A stretch of DNA of 64,000 nt from Eledone cirrhosa (lineage: Eukaryota). Both the position numbers and the translations under genes were made by a program. Positions 37,011 to 50,516 of this stretch are shown one piece after another (position 1 is the first letter of the stretch; every line of letters begins with the position of its first letter). Under the pieces are notes generated by a model. It was not told the origin of the DNA, searched no databases, and worked only from the letters and a program-made list of their open reading frames with translations. The stretch is from assembly GCA_964016885.1 (NCBI GenBank), contig OZ024746.1, positions 11,780,001 through 11,844,000 on the forward strand, given 5' to 3'.

Positions 37011-38849
37011 TCCTCTTTAACCAGAATAACAGACTAATTGCTCTTATTTATCACTTTCAAATTCCAACAGATTCCATGTTTCAGTTTTTGCAAGACTAGC
37101 TTAAGGTTCTTGTTACCAAGTTTTGTTGCTGCAGCTGTGTTTATGTCGCTGTTTGTTGCCTTTCACACTTGAATAAGTATTTCAGTTTACTGTCAATTTA
37201 TACACGGTTATCGTTAAAGGTCTCGGGGGAAAGCTGATCGAGCGTCAAATAGGCGTAATCATACGGGAGGCTATAAAAAAATTATCACTGGAAATTCTCC
37301 AATTTAAAAAAAAATGACATTGAACTAGCTGTAAATAATATTTACTTAATAATACTTTCTTAGCTATTGATAATGTTTAGACTTCACAGTCAGGTGGCTT
37401 AAGGAACAAAAACTTAACATAGTTTAACTATTGCTGTCCACGCATGAAATCACATTCTCACAACATACACCCAGTTCGTATCAAATGACACATCAATCCC
37501 GGAACAAATTTCTATCTCAAACGAAAACACGATCACAATATAAAGAAAGTTGAACTTGAATTGCTTTATCGTGACCCTTACTGATAAAATAATATTTTTA
37601 AAAATTGACAACTGTTCTCAACGCCATATGTTATATTTATGCTAGTGCAGCCTTTTCAATGAATGGCATTGTATATTAAGAACATCATGCCACATAGAAA
37701 GGTAATATTTTGATGACATTTTAAGGCAACTACAGATCAAAATGTATAATGACGTCCACAAAGAAGTGAAAAAGTTGACATTTTCGGTCACATCTTGTGA
37801 TTAAAGGCTTTAAAGTCTCTTTTGTTCAACAGGTTGTCTCGCAGGTTGCAAGTGTAATGTAATATAGAAGTTATGTCCGAGAGGGGCTCTACTACTACTC
37901 GTCAAAGTTGACATCTTTATCAAGTTTATAGTTAAAACACCATTTGATATCATTTTGTTAGTCTCCATAGTTTTGTTTCTTTTTCTTTGTTAACGTGGGT
38001 CCATTCGTTAGTTGGGTCACATGAAATATTATAAAGTCTAGAGAAAGATTCATGAACATTCCCTGCTAGGAAAGGTAGTCCAGCAAGTTTTCAAACAGTT
38101 CATTGTCCTACTTGTTTTTTGTTGTTATTTAAAAGGCGATGCTCAAATAATGTCGGGGCAAATAATTGTTTCTACTTTTGGCACAAGGCCAGCAATTAAC
38201 CAGTGCATTACTGGTACTTGGGGCAAATGATGTCGGGGCTGATCTTGAGCCTATGCTCGCCCATGTTTCTTGTATACATGTGTGTGTGTATGTGTTTCCT
38301 GTATACATGTGTGTTTCCTACATACATGTGTGTGTGTGTACCAGGTCCTGTGAGGAGGGGAGGAAGGAGGTACACTGTACCTTAGCGGAGCCAGGAATTT
38401 CATGGAATCTCAGAAAATGCTAGCATATATTGAAGTCTAGCATTCACAGAAGGAAAGGGAAGCCGAAAGAAACCTTGTATGTTGTATCCCCTGAAAAAAA
38501 TTCTTTTCTGATGCCCTAACATAAACATACAGACATTTATCATCATCATCATCTAACGCCCGTTGAATGATGATGATATGTAAAATCCCAACCGCGGCGC
38601 TAAGCAGTTTCGGTTTGCGTGTCCAGCAAGCCTTCCAAAGCTGTAGTAATATAACTGTACAATTGCCTCCTGTGTTTTGTTCGTTCATTTTCAACTATAT
38701 ATATATGTGTAATATGTATGCATATGTAAGTGTATTTGTATGTATAATACACATACTTATATCACTGACACACATAAACAATACCCTCATCGTGCACCTA
38801 TACACCCGCGCTAGCTCACATTCTTTGTCACACCCCTAACTCCACCGAC

Positions 38850-39345
38850 CACACATAATAAAATCACATTACATACACAACTACAACATTGACACACTAT
38901 ATACATACACTACAAACATATACTCTCTAAATATATCATACATACATATCTACACAAACATACAATCACATTCAGCCTTATGCTTATACTCACACCTTTC
39001 AAAGTCACGCAGCCCGCACATATATCATATAAACACAATTAGCCACATTCACACGCACTAACACGATATATGCTTACAAACAAGGACACACACACACACT
39101 GCAGATACACGTACACAAACACTGACATACTCACTCACACACTAACAGCAAGATTTATACAGGACACTATCACACAGATAGTAGACACACCATAACAGAA
39201 ACACTGCGGTCGCACAAATAGAAAATTTAAACAGCACACACACATATATATACTGACTCATATATAAGCAAACAGTCACAGCACATACTGTCACACAGAC
39301 ACACTTACAAACATACACACACTGAGAAAGATACACAAACATACT
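38850..39345. repeat. CA-rich low-complexity tract
   Basis: Degenerate (CA)n. Confidence 0.8.
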
Positions 39346-39604
39346 ATAAATTTCAAGCAGGCTATGTAAGGTCTATGAGATTGTTGCCATGGAAATATGA
39401 GGTTAATAGTCCATGCAAAGAATAAAAATCTTCTCAATATCCACATCAAAATAAGCAAATTAAGTTTTCTTTCTAGTAAAGCCCTTTGGTGCAGCATATC
39501 GGGTCTGTTTGAGCAATGTGCAGTGGAGTAGTTTATGAATCATTGTAACTGGACCACAAACTGATCCATCCCCTTGACGCCACCATGTAGAATGGTTTAA
39601 GTAT

Positions 39605-40190
39605 CTTGTGGTGGTGGTAGTGACGATGAAGATTCATATGGTGGTAGAGGTAGAGAAATTAATATGATTGATGTCGTGGTTATAGTGGTGTGATAGCAAT
39701 GCTGGTGTTACTGTTGGTTCTGATATTGTGGTGGTGGTGGTGGATATATCTGTGCGTCGATGTTGTGCTGAGGGTGGTGGTGTTAGGAGGAAACGTAGTT
39801 GTGGTAGTGAAATGTTACAATGTTCGTGTTTATAGTGTTAGTGATGATGATAGTGATGGCGTCTATTGGTAGTATTAGTGGTTGTTGTAGTGGTGGTAGA
39901 CAGTACTTCTAAGTAGTAGTAGTGTTTATACCCGTGACCATCCCTTATTTTAAAGGTTTGTAAGGCTGGGCTACATTACCTAATATATCCTTTCCTTATT
40001 TCTAACAGGTTGTGGGACTAAGTAGGAACTTCTTTGGCCCATGGAGGTATTGTTGATGATATTAGTGTTGGTGGAGGTAGTCAGTGGTAAAAGGAGTAAC
40101 TGAGGTAGTTATTATCATGGCTGTAGTAGTGGTAGTACAAAGTCTGCTTATGGTTGTGGTTATGTTGATAGTGATGATGATGATGGTGCT
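39605..40190. repeat. GTG/GTA-rich low-complexity tract
   Basis: Degenerate trinucleotide repeats. Confidence 0.75.
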
Positions 40191-40544
40191 ATAATTCTTA
40201 AAATCATTTTAATGAAGCAGAGAAAAATATTGATGCGTGACAGTATTGTTTCTTAGAAAAGTGTGGTGTGATGGTGCAGTGTAGGGCTGTACAATGCCTG
40301 GAGGGATTTCAATATGTTTAAGTTTCAAGTGAATTATTGTTTGAAAGCTCAAGATTAGACTTCACTCCATTATTCCTACACTTTCATATAAATCACTGAA
40401 ACTGTTCCTTTTGTTGAAGTTGATTGTTATGTGTAGAGATGAAATGGCTGAAATAGTAGTGGACTGGATTACCAGTCTAAAGTTTCAAGTCTCTTGCAAG
40501 AGATTTGTTGTCTTTCTTTCTGCTCAGAATAGAAAGAAATGGAA

Positions 40545-40675
40545 CTCTGTTGGTTTTGACAATGAGTGTTCCTGTTGTTTGATCAATGTAACAGCCTGTT
40601 TGTGAATTTAACATGAATGTGGTTGAACATTCCACAAACACGTACTCTTAACGTAATTCTCAGGGAGATTCAGTA
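40545..40675 (-). mobile_element. Body fragment of the SINE family at 45052-45352
   Basis: Reverse complement tctccctga..tgtggaatgttcaaccac..catgttaa..caggaacact. Confidence 0.65.
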
Positions 40676-41307
40676 CAAAGATTCTTATCTCTTATTTGCT
40701 ACCCTGACAATTCACAACAGCAATACATTCATTGTTGGCAATTTCACTGATCATGTTAGGTCAAAGCTTGTGTGCATGAAGTCTATGGTCATTGCTAAAA
40801 GACATGAAAAGGTGTCAAAGTTCCTACAATTGGTCTTACTCAGGATTAAGTCCTTTTCAGGCCATAAACACTTAAAAGAGTATGGTTCTCCCCATATATA
40901 CAGTCTACAATATATATATATATATATATTTATATATTGGCGAATGATAAATACATTTAATTTGAATAAAATGTGCTGCTCTTCCATTGAATGCCCTAAG
41001 CATTTGCTTACTTTATTTAATGGTTAATTCCACCATGGTCTTACTATTTCCAGCATGTATTTCAGAAAATCAGCTCTCACCTACTATTTTGAAAGGATAT
41101 GAAAACCAAATTGATTTTGTTTTTACCAAGAAAAGAAAGGTAAAAAGGATTGTTAGTACAAAATGTCTCTTTTATGATGAATGTACACCATAGCTACTTA
41201 TGACTGAAAACAAGAAACAATTGCAAGAAAATTACAAACAAAAATAAGAAAAAACTGTAGAAGTTAAAATATAAGTTCCAATAAGCACATGTTGACACTT
41301 AATCTGG

Positions 41308-41545
41308 GAAGTTGGAATAGATATAGAGCAACAATATAGATAAAGAGCCGCAATATAGAAGTTGGAACAGATATAGAGCTACAATGTAGAAGTTGGAATA
41401 GATATAGAGCAACAATATAGATAAAGAGCCGCAATATAGATTTCAGGTAGAGTGTTACCGAATAGATATATACAATATAGAATTCAGGTAGAGTGTTACC
41501 GAATAGATATATATATACAATATAGAATTCAGGTAGAGTGTTACC
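41308..41545 (+). repeat. Composite minisatellite
   Basis: gaagttggaa(t/c)agatatagagc x3, then ttcaggtagagtgttacc x3, sharing caatataga. Confidence 0.9.
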
Positions 41546-42634
41546 AAAAACTGACCTGCTACAAGACACACACTAATTTTGTGTGCTCATACAAATTAAG
41601 ATGTCACTGGGTGATAAGTGTCCGATATGAAACTGGCACCCTTTCCCTTAGGGATACAGTACACTTTCCTCAAGGGATACAGTGAGCTGTTTAAATATAT
41701 GCAGTTTCTCAAAGAGATGAATAGAAAGGAGACTTGTTTAGTATGTTCCAATTTATGTTGGGCAGATTATTTCCATGGTTCTTCAGTCTCAGATAAAATG
41801 GGACTGAGACGTGGAGTTCTGATCTGTCCCTGAACCTGAAGGAATACACATGCTGAGTGAACCTTCCATTGAATTCATTGACTGTGTATCCCGTGTAATT
41901 CCTTTGGATACCATAAAGTCAAGTGAGGGACCCCCTGTAATCAATTGCTTTGGAAAGGCAGTGAACAGATAGATTTATTTTATCAGTTTTAGGAGGGAGT
42001 CTAGGATAGAGGCTATGTAGTTGTATGCTTTTTCCTACAATAATGTGCAATACTGGATGCAATGCTATCTTATCTAGACACAAAGAACTAACATTAACAT
42101 TCTGCATATTAAAAAGCTTGTCTTTAATTAGGAGTTTTTATCTATATTCATAGAAATTTCTAGGCAGCTCTTCTTATCTATCGAGTTAGAGTTGTCCCCC
42201 ATTCAGTAGTCAAACAGTCCTTCATCACGTGACCATAACTAACTAATAGGAAAGAACTTTATACATCATCCAATAATAATTAACCTTCTGACTACTTTGC
42301 TACATAGATTAACAGCAGCTGAAAGATCTTGGAAAATAACAATTGCAACTCTATAAAAATGCATTTTTTGAAACATATTTATATTCAGTTTATTTTTGCT
42401 TTTGTCCCATAACATAGTAGTTTGGTGAATGGAGATCAATAATAAGTAATAGACTGGAATGAGTACAGACATCAATATCATCACTGAAACTCTTTAAGAC
42501 ATTGCCTCAGTATGACTGCAGATCAGTTGAATGATTAAAACCAAATCAGTGAAAGATCTGATTCATTTTTATTGTTATTGTTCATTTGCTTTATTAATTA
42601 TATGTGTATGGAACTAAAACATCGCTGCACCTTA

Positions 42635-43000
42635 AGACCCTAAGTTTGGACAACACAAAATTAGAAGAGACTTCGTGTTCGCTCCAATTGCTAGGCCTCA
42701 CTATTGCTGAAGATCTCTTATGGTAAATACACATCCTAAACATAGCTAGAACTGCATCTAACCAACTACTCTTCAAGCGCCTAACAACTTCCAAACAATG
42801 TTCAGGTAAGACCCACAATAAAGTTAATGCTCCCACATCTGGTATGGTGTTACTACTACACATACATAAATTTTAGTCTACATCCATAAAAAGGTTACTT
42901 GTCTGATTGGTACAAAAACACTGATAAACATACTCCAGCCTCTGGTCTACATTTCTACTGCTACTACAATGGCATCTGCTTCTCAGCATTGGCTAAATAA
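42635..43000 (+). mobile_element. Decayed CR1/Jockey-type LINE RT C-terminal fragment
   Basis: LSLDNTKLEE..LQLLGLTIAEDLLW*IHILNIARTAS..VRP..SHIW. Confidence 0.7.
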
Positions 43001-43171
43001 TTTTTGATATTCGATATATTGTTTAAATGACAACTGTGGTCTCAACAAAATGTTCCAAAGAATTGAGAGAGAGAAAAGAGAGAGAGAGAGAGGTGTTTAA
43101 AAAGGGAAAGTAAAATACATAGCAATTTCAGATTTGCATCTAATATCTATTGGTGACCAACTAACCAGATG

Positions 43172-43592
43172 ACTACATTAGTATATTACCAAATTACCAC
43201 ATTATCACATCATTGCATTACCATATTATCACATTATCACATTACATCATCATCACATTACCACACGATCACATTACCACACCATCACATTACCACATTA
43301 TTACATCATCATATTACCATATTATCACATTACCACATTACCTCATTATCACATTACCACATTATCACATTACCACATTATCACATCACCACACCACCAC
43401 ATCACCTCATCAGCATACGATCACATCACCACATTATCACATTACCACAATACCACATTATCACATCACCGCATCACCACATCATCACATCACCATATTA
43501 CCACATTATCACATCACCACATCACCACATTATCACATTATCACATTACCACATTACCACATTACCACATTACTAATTACACTACATACATA
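43172..43592. repeat. ~8 bp unit degenerate satellite (accacatt/atcacatt)
   Basis: About 50 degenerate units. Confidence 0.92.
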
Positions 43593-44185
43593 ACATCTGC
43601 CACATTTCTGTCTCAGACTAAACACTATATTTGCTTTTACTGGAATAAACTTACACTTCTAGTCCAACAATTGCTAGTGTCCATAGAGTGTAGGACAAAA
43701 TGCTTTGCATCATATTTTCTGGATCTCTGCACTTTGAGTTCAATTTTACCTTTCAGGATCAACAAAATAAAGTACCAGTCTATGGTGGGTGATTGGTGGA
43801 ATTGTTAAAGCATTGAATGAAATGCCATGCAGGTTTTCTTCAAATTTTGCTACTTGAGTGATAGTCTTAATCCATTGCCTGGTTTGACACCACCATCAAC
43901 CTCTTGAGTGTCTTTAACAGAGTCTATTCCGTTGCAAGCATTCAGGTCAGGGCTCCCAACAGTTTTGGAGGTTCTGAAAAAAAGCAAACATGTTTTGCAT
44001 ATAAGACATCAGTAACTCTCTCCCATGATTGTATGTTAGTATACAATCATTTTAATAGCTTAATAAAATTTAATTTGATCTAGGAAAAAAAAAAAAAAAA
44101 ATTTCTATATGATAATATACATTTTTAATCATTTTCAATGATGAAATAAAAAGCAAAAAAGAAAAGAAAGATTTTATACCAATGA

Positions 44186-44312
44186 CATCATTACCACCAC
44201 CATCACCACCACCACCATCACCATCACCACCACCACCACCACCATCACCATCACCACCACCACCACCACCATCACCATCACCACCACCACCACCATCACC
44301 ATCACCACCACA
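44186..44312. repeat. (CAC/CAT)n microsatellite
   Basis: Direct inspection. Confidence 0.95.
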
Positions 44313-44861
44313 ACACTACTCAAAGTTTAGTTTAATGTATGTCATTTTTAGAAGAAATATAAGATTTTAAAAAACAAATCATTGGTTTCTTTTGATGGAT
44401 GCGAGACAAATTGTTGTACATAAAAGAAAAATCAAATACTAGAATCATATTCTTGTTCCTGGTTACTTGATCAATCTCTTAAAAAGTAGCGCAAAATGTT
44501 GAAAAAGTAGCAGATTACATTAGAAAGTAGCTCAAAATAAAAATCTAGTTAGGAAATTTAAAAAAAAACACTTTTTTCATTTTAGTTTTTAGTTTTTCTT
44601 TTAAGAATTTTTTTTATTAAATTTTAATGAAAAGAAAAAAAAATCTTTTATACATCCTATTTTTTCACCCATCCCCACACCATATATTAAAGGATTGCCT
44701 GTGGGTCAATACTTATTTACTTTGTTGATAATTTGATATGATATTCAATGAGATTCTTACCTTTAAAAATATAATTTGAATACAGCAAGAATTTGTTTCT
44801 TCTCTTCACTAATGTGTTTCTCATTTTTATAAATGCTTGAGTAATACTTCAGCATAGCTAG

Positions 44862-45023
44862 CAGGGCTGGATTAACCATTAAGCAAAATAAGAACAGGCT
44901 TAGAGCATCAAGGGAAGAGGAGCAACATTTTATTCAAATTAAATGGGTTTGTTATTCCCCCCAAAATGTCTTTGCAGACTTTGAAGTGGCACCATAATCT
45001 CAAAATAACTTAATGTGGTCCTG
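44862..45023. mobile_element. Possible hAT-type MITE
   Basis: cagggctggattaa ... ttaatgtggtcctg imperfect TIR; no 8 bp TSD seen. Confidence 0.4.
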
Positions 45024-45051
45024 ACAACAATTTAAATTTTAACAATGTAAA

Positions 45052-45352
45052 GGTACTTGGTTTAATTTTTAGGGTGTTTGGTTTGCGATCATAATGTCAT
45101 AAGTTCAATTCCCTGATGGAACAATGCATTGTCTTTGAGCAAGACACCTTATTTCACATTGCACCAGTCCACTTAGCTAGCAAAAAATGAGTTGTACCTG
45201 TAATTCTAAGGGTAAGCCATGTCGCACACTGTGTCTTTCTGAGTCTCCCTGATGTGTCTGTGGAATGCTCAGCCACTTGCATGTTAATTTTACAAGCAGT
45301 TCCATTGTCGTTTCAAATAACAGGAACACTTGTCATTGGAACCGATGGAGGT
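45052..45352 (+). mobile_element. tRNA-derived SINE (family E)
   Basis: aagttcaattccc B-box-like motif, ttgagcaagacaccttatttcacattg segment, distinct body. Confidence 0.75.
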
Positions 45353-45825
45353 TCAGCAACAAGTTTTAGCGGCAAATATTTTTTTCAAGTCACATTTTTT
45401 GTCTTCTTCTTCGCCCCTTATTCCTGAGAAGGTCAAGGGAGCAGAGTCCTCAAACACTCCTTCCAGCGGGTCCTATTAGAAGCAACCATCTCCAACTGAT
45501 CTGAAAGATTTCAATAGTTTTTGGTCCATAGTTCAAGTGTTCTTTGCATGCCTGTCTCATAAGGTTTAAGCACTGTTTTTTCATAAAAGGAATTCCTATA
45601 TTAATAAGTTCTATTAAATGATCAAAAAGACAACTAATTGCCTGATAAGCTACAAATACTGTCAACTGTAGTTTAATTTTGTTATTTTGCTACTTGGAAA
45701 GCTGATAGTCCCTAACTAATATTAGTTTTTTACAACATGATTTTTAAAAAATACTTTGCTGAAGAAATATACTCTGTTAAATTGGTCAAAATATAGCACC
45801 ATATTTTTGTTATTGTATTTATAAG

Positions 45826-45985
45826 GCAGCAAATTGGCAATCATTAGAACATTAGAGTGTTTTGTGGTATTTGTTCCAGCTCTCTGCTCTCTCAGTTCAA
45901 ATCCTACCAAGGTCAACTTTGCCTTTCATCCATTTAAGATTGATAAAAAATGTACCAGTTTAGTACTGGAGTTGATTCTTCCTCT
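45826..45985 (+). mobile_element. SINE family A
   Basis: ggcagcaaattggca..agttcaaatcctaccaaggtcaactttgcctttcatcc..gtaccagt. Confidence 0.8.
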
Positions 45986-46912
45986 ATATCACTTTCTCAC
46001 TTTCTTTTTCACACTCTCTATCCTTCTCTAGAAGAAATTTGCTGTACTCAGACCCGCAGAGGGATGGGCTCCACCAGGTTTTAAAATGCCCTATGACTAC
46101 CTGGGAGTTATAGATCTATACCATACTATTGTATTTTACTTCTCTCACCCAATTTAAAAATTGTGGATCAGTTACCCAAGATATTAAAAAATATTTTGTC
46201 ATACTTTCACCACTTGTTCAGTGTGTAAATGGGTATAGTTTTGGAATAATAAAAATTTGTTTTCAAAATACTTACTTTGTTTAGATTTTAACAGTCCTTG
46301 AGTATATGGTGCAACTTTCATCTTGTCAAAATGTAAGTTGCACTCTATATTCAAGGATCATCCAAACCTCAGCCTTGTGACTGAGTAATTGCTGCCAACA
46401 AGTTTTCATTCATTTTATTATACAGGGAATCTCAAAGTAGTAACTCAACATGTTAGAAATAGCAGTCAAATATCCTTCAATTGACACCCTACAGTATAAA
46501 AAATATAAAAGTATTTATACTCCTTCAACAAAATAAACAATTCAAAATTCTTTATAAAACTCTTTCGACTCATACCATGGGAAAAAGCCATTGTGAAGAG
46601 GTATTGGTGTCACAAGTTCCTGTATTCATGATCTTTGTATAGTTATTACAACAAACTAATAAACAAGCCTCAAACAAAATTGTATGTCTAATTCTCCACT
46701 AACACAAAAATCCAAAAATGCTGTTGAGAAAGGCATGAAGATCATAAATTCTAATTTCTGCAACATAAAAAATATAAAATGCCTATCTATACCTATTTAA
46801 AAAAAAAAAAAAAATCAAAACCCAAATCCTTTATGTTCACCAAAAATATAATCTTAGAAAGATATAAATGTCAGAGGTTACCACTTTTTACTTTTGGAAC
46901 ATTTGTGCTTCT

Positions 46913-47179
46913 TTAACCGTTTTGTTACCATATCTATTATGAAAGACACTGCCTATGTTTTTCAATTAATTTTGAAAATTATCAAGGATTTGTAGGATTT
47001 AGAAAAATAACTTTCCCATTATTAAACTGGTGTTTGGAACATAACATAACAAAGGTTATGTTATGTTCCAAAATTATAATGGGAGTTATTTTTTAGCTAA
47101 AATATAAATACTTTAAAACAAACAGATTTGTATCCTAGAACCAGGGGCAGTTTAAAGCAGTTTGGTAATGAAGGTTTAA
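46913..47179 (-). mobile_element. TTAA-flanked MITE family 2
   Basis: ttaaccgttttgttaccata..gacactgcctat..ggtaatgaaggtttaa, reverse orientation of 28153-28405. Confidence 0.65.
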
Positions 47180-47454
47180 TCAAACAAAATAAAGCAAAAA
47201 TCTTGACAAACTTTTTCTCAACTCAAAAAATGTGATTGGAGAGAAGCATGAACACCACAACTTCTCATACTTTTCCCTTAAAAAAATGACATAGAAATAG
47301 AACTTTTATGCCTTTTCAAACAAACAAAATTCTTTGCCACACTTTTTCAATTACAACAAAATTCCATTGAAGAATAGCATGAACATCACATATTCCTGAT
47401 CTCCCTTTCATATAAGAAAATAAAGAATATTTGACTCAAGCCAACAAAACAAGA

Positions 47455-47640
47455 AGAGAAGGTAGGAGAGAGTGGGGAGTAGGAGAGGAAAGAGGAGGAG
47501 GTGAGAGAGAGAGAGGGGGGGTAGATAAATAGATAGACTGAGAGAGGGGGAGGGAAAGATAGATAGATAGATATAGAGAAAGAGGGAGAAGGAGAGATAG
47601 ATAAATACAGAGGGAGAGATAGAGAGAGAGAGAGAAAAGA
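47455..47640. repeat. GA-rich purine tract
   Basis: (GA)n/(GATA)n. Confidence 0.85.
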
Positions 47641-47874
47641 TTCTATGTAAAACTGTAAATGTTTGGCCAGCGATAATAAAATGCAGTTTGTGTTGTGCTA
47701 TTGCCAGAAAATAACCTGGCTATTGATTAAATTAAAATGCTACTGCTTCAGCTCTGGCTATGTGACATATCTTGGTTGGCATTGTGGAACTACTGTCTCA
47801 CCATCTACATCATCCTCATCATAGGATCCTATATCTTATTTGGAAGAAATGGGCTTTCCTTATTCTATATGTAC

Positions 47875-47911
47875 AGACACATACACACACATATATAGGT
47901 TTATACATATA

Positions 47912-48010
<99 letters not shown>

Positions 48011-48044
48011 ATATATATATATATATATGTACATACACACACAT

Positions 48045-48077
<33 letters not shown>

Positions 48078-48100
48078 CATCTACATATAAATATACATAT
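47875..48100. repeat. (TA)n/(CA)n microsatellite
   Basis: Direct inspection. Confidence 0.97.
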
Positions 48101-48105
48101 AGTAA

Positions 48106-48440
48106 AGGCATAGTGGGTTAGTTGTAAGGGCGTCAGATTCACAATTGTGAGGTTGTGAATTCAATTCCCAGACCAGGTGATGCATTGTATTCTTGAGCAA
48201 GACACTTTATTTCATGTACTCTAGTTCACTCATGAGTTGCGATGTCGCTTGTGCCAATCTGCATTGGCCATTGCCTTTCCTTTGGACAACATCGGTGGCG
48301 TGGAGAGGGGAGACTGGTATGCATGGGGGACTGCTGGTTTTCCACAAAAACACCTTGCTCCTTCTTGTGTCTCGGAAGGAAAACTTTCTATGTGCAAATA
48401 CCATGGTCATTCGTGACTGAAGGGGGCCTTTACTCTTTTT
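48106..48440 (+). mobile_element. tRNA-derived SINE (family F)
   Basis: Head ..gaggttgtgaattcaattcccagacc, tcttgagcaagacactttatttca, distinct body ending gactgaagggggccttt. Confidence 0.78.
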
Positions 48441-48464
48441 TATATATGTATGAACATATATATG

Positions 48465-49900
48465 TCATCATCATCACCAATTAATGTCCAATTTTCCCTG
48501 TTAGCATGGGTTAGACGAATTGTTTCATTGTGAGACAAGGTCAATCAGGTGACCATGTCTTGCTCACACAGAACCATTTATGGCTTGGTTTCTACAAATG
48601 GATGCCTTTCCTAACGGCAACCACATTTACAGTATAGACTGGGTGCTTTTGTATCATGGTACCAAAACAACCAACTGACTGGTTGGACTGGGTGCTTTTT
48701 GTCATCTCACCAACATATCCACTTTACAGGGTGGACTGGGTGCTTTTTCTTGTCATCAACACAACCCCATCACAGGGTGAGTTGAGTGCTCTTTCACCAG
48801 TTCACATAGTGGACAAGGTGCTCTCATGTCACCAGTATGACCAACTTACTGGGAGCCTTTAGCCATTTCAGCAACATTGTGAGGGAGCATGTTCAGCTTT
48901 CAGTTCTTGTATACATTAGTTAGACAAGAGAGGTGTATCAAATATGGAATATGGAAAGTCGAGGGGGTGGGGGGTGGGGGTATGCAAGATGGGGATTGGA
49001 GAGGTAGGTCTAAAGTAGGGTTAGCTCATGAAGGGTGGAGTATTAAGATATGGGAAGTGTAGACAAATGCTTTTTGTTGTGGCAGCATTATTGGTGGGGG
49101 AAGCAGGTTTGGAGAGTGTATGATGGGGAGGGAGAAAGCAAGTTGGACATGGATGAGGTGAGTGGGGTATTTGGTTGGTAAGGGCTAGGCTATTAAGACC
49201 AGGGAAGGTGAATGGGGGAGAGGTAAAGAAATGCTAGTTGCAAGCCAGTGACCTCTACATGTTGTTTTATCCTGTGCATATAGGAAGGTGGGTTTTCTAC
49301 GGTACAACACAATGCCAGATCCTGTGTCACCTCCTTTGAGAGGTTTAATTGTGCAAAGTCAGCTTTTATCACTTCATCCCATGCTTTCCTAGGTTTTCAT
49401 CTTCCATTGCTGCCATCAACTTTCAGTACCCTGCATCTTTTTATACAGCTGTCATCTTCCATATGCATCATGTCCTTACCACCACAGTCTCTTTTCCTGC
49501 ACACTGTATCTGGTCCCCTATTATGCCCAGTTTCCTTCTCAGTTCATTTACAATTCATTGCTCATGCAAACTACTATTACACTCCCATCAAAGCATGCAG
49601 GCTTCATTTATTTCCAATTTTCGCAGGTCTCACTTCCATACAGCATTGCTGTTTGTACACAAACATCATATAATCTGCCTTTCATTTTGAGGGAAGACCC
49701 CCTTTGTAGTTAACAGTGGTAGTAGTTTCCTGAGCTTTTCCATCCTTTTCTCACTCTGGCTACTGTATTTTCAGAACACCCACCTCCACTATTAATTTGG
49801 TTACCCAGGTAACAGAAGCTGTCAACTACTTCTATGAAGCCCTCAGAACATTTAATAGTGTTTGTTTCCTCATGCTGCTTACTGCTTCCATTTGGTGTGT
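48465..49900 (-). mobile_element. Decayed RTE LINE 3' portion with UTR and tail
   Basis: Minus strand IEVVDSFCYLGNQINSGGGCSE at ~49770-49835; tail catcatcatc..aatgtcc..ggatgcctttcctaacggcaaccac. Confidence 0.8.
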
Positions 49901-50165
49901 GAAGGGTGGCATAAATGAAAGTTCAAATATTGGTGTCTTTTTGTAAAAATATGTCTGTTATAATTCTGGTGTTACATAATTTATGAATATGTTAAAATAT
50001 GGCAGTTACTTATCACTGGTTTCTATTGTGAAATTAATGGATGGATGGATGGAGAGCATATAAAATGTTGTGAAATGCTTATAGTTCACCGTATTCTTTT
50101 TTATTATGAAAATAGTCAAACAAGTTGGGTATACAGGCTCCTAGAGTTGAAAAAAGTAGACAGAT

Positions 50166-50516
50166 GGAGGCACATGGCTTAGTGGTTAGAGCATTGGCCT
50201 TGCAATCGAAAGGTTGTGAGTTCAATTCTCAGACCGGGTGATGTGTTGTTTCCTTGAGCAAGGCACTTTATTTCACATTGCTCCAGTTTACTCAGCTGTA
50301 GAAATGAGATGATAGGGACTGGTGTCCCTATCATTCCACTGTAAAGTGGTCGTGGAGGTGCCACGGCAAAAAAAAGCACCCAGCACTCACTGTAAATGAG
50401 GTTGGTGTTAGGAAGGGCATCCAGCTGTAGAAATCAAGCCAGCATCAGTTCCCATCCCACCCTTGCAAGCAGGGAAAAAGCGGATGTAAAATGAAATGAT
50501 GATGAATGATGATGAT
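50166..50516 (+). mobile_element. SINE family B, full length
   Basis: A-box tggcttagtgg, B-box gagttcaattc, ccttgagcaaggcactt, RTE-like 3' end and (GAT)n tail. Confidence 0.92.

Noticed and set aside
50166-50240. tRNA gene
   Set aside because: A/B boxes are present but run straight into SINE body sequence, with no clean cloverleaf or terminator; the same applies to the other SINE heads.
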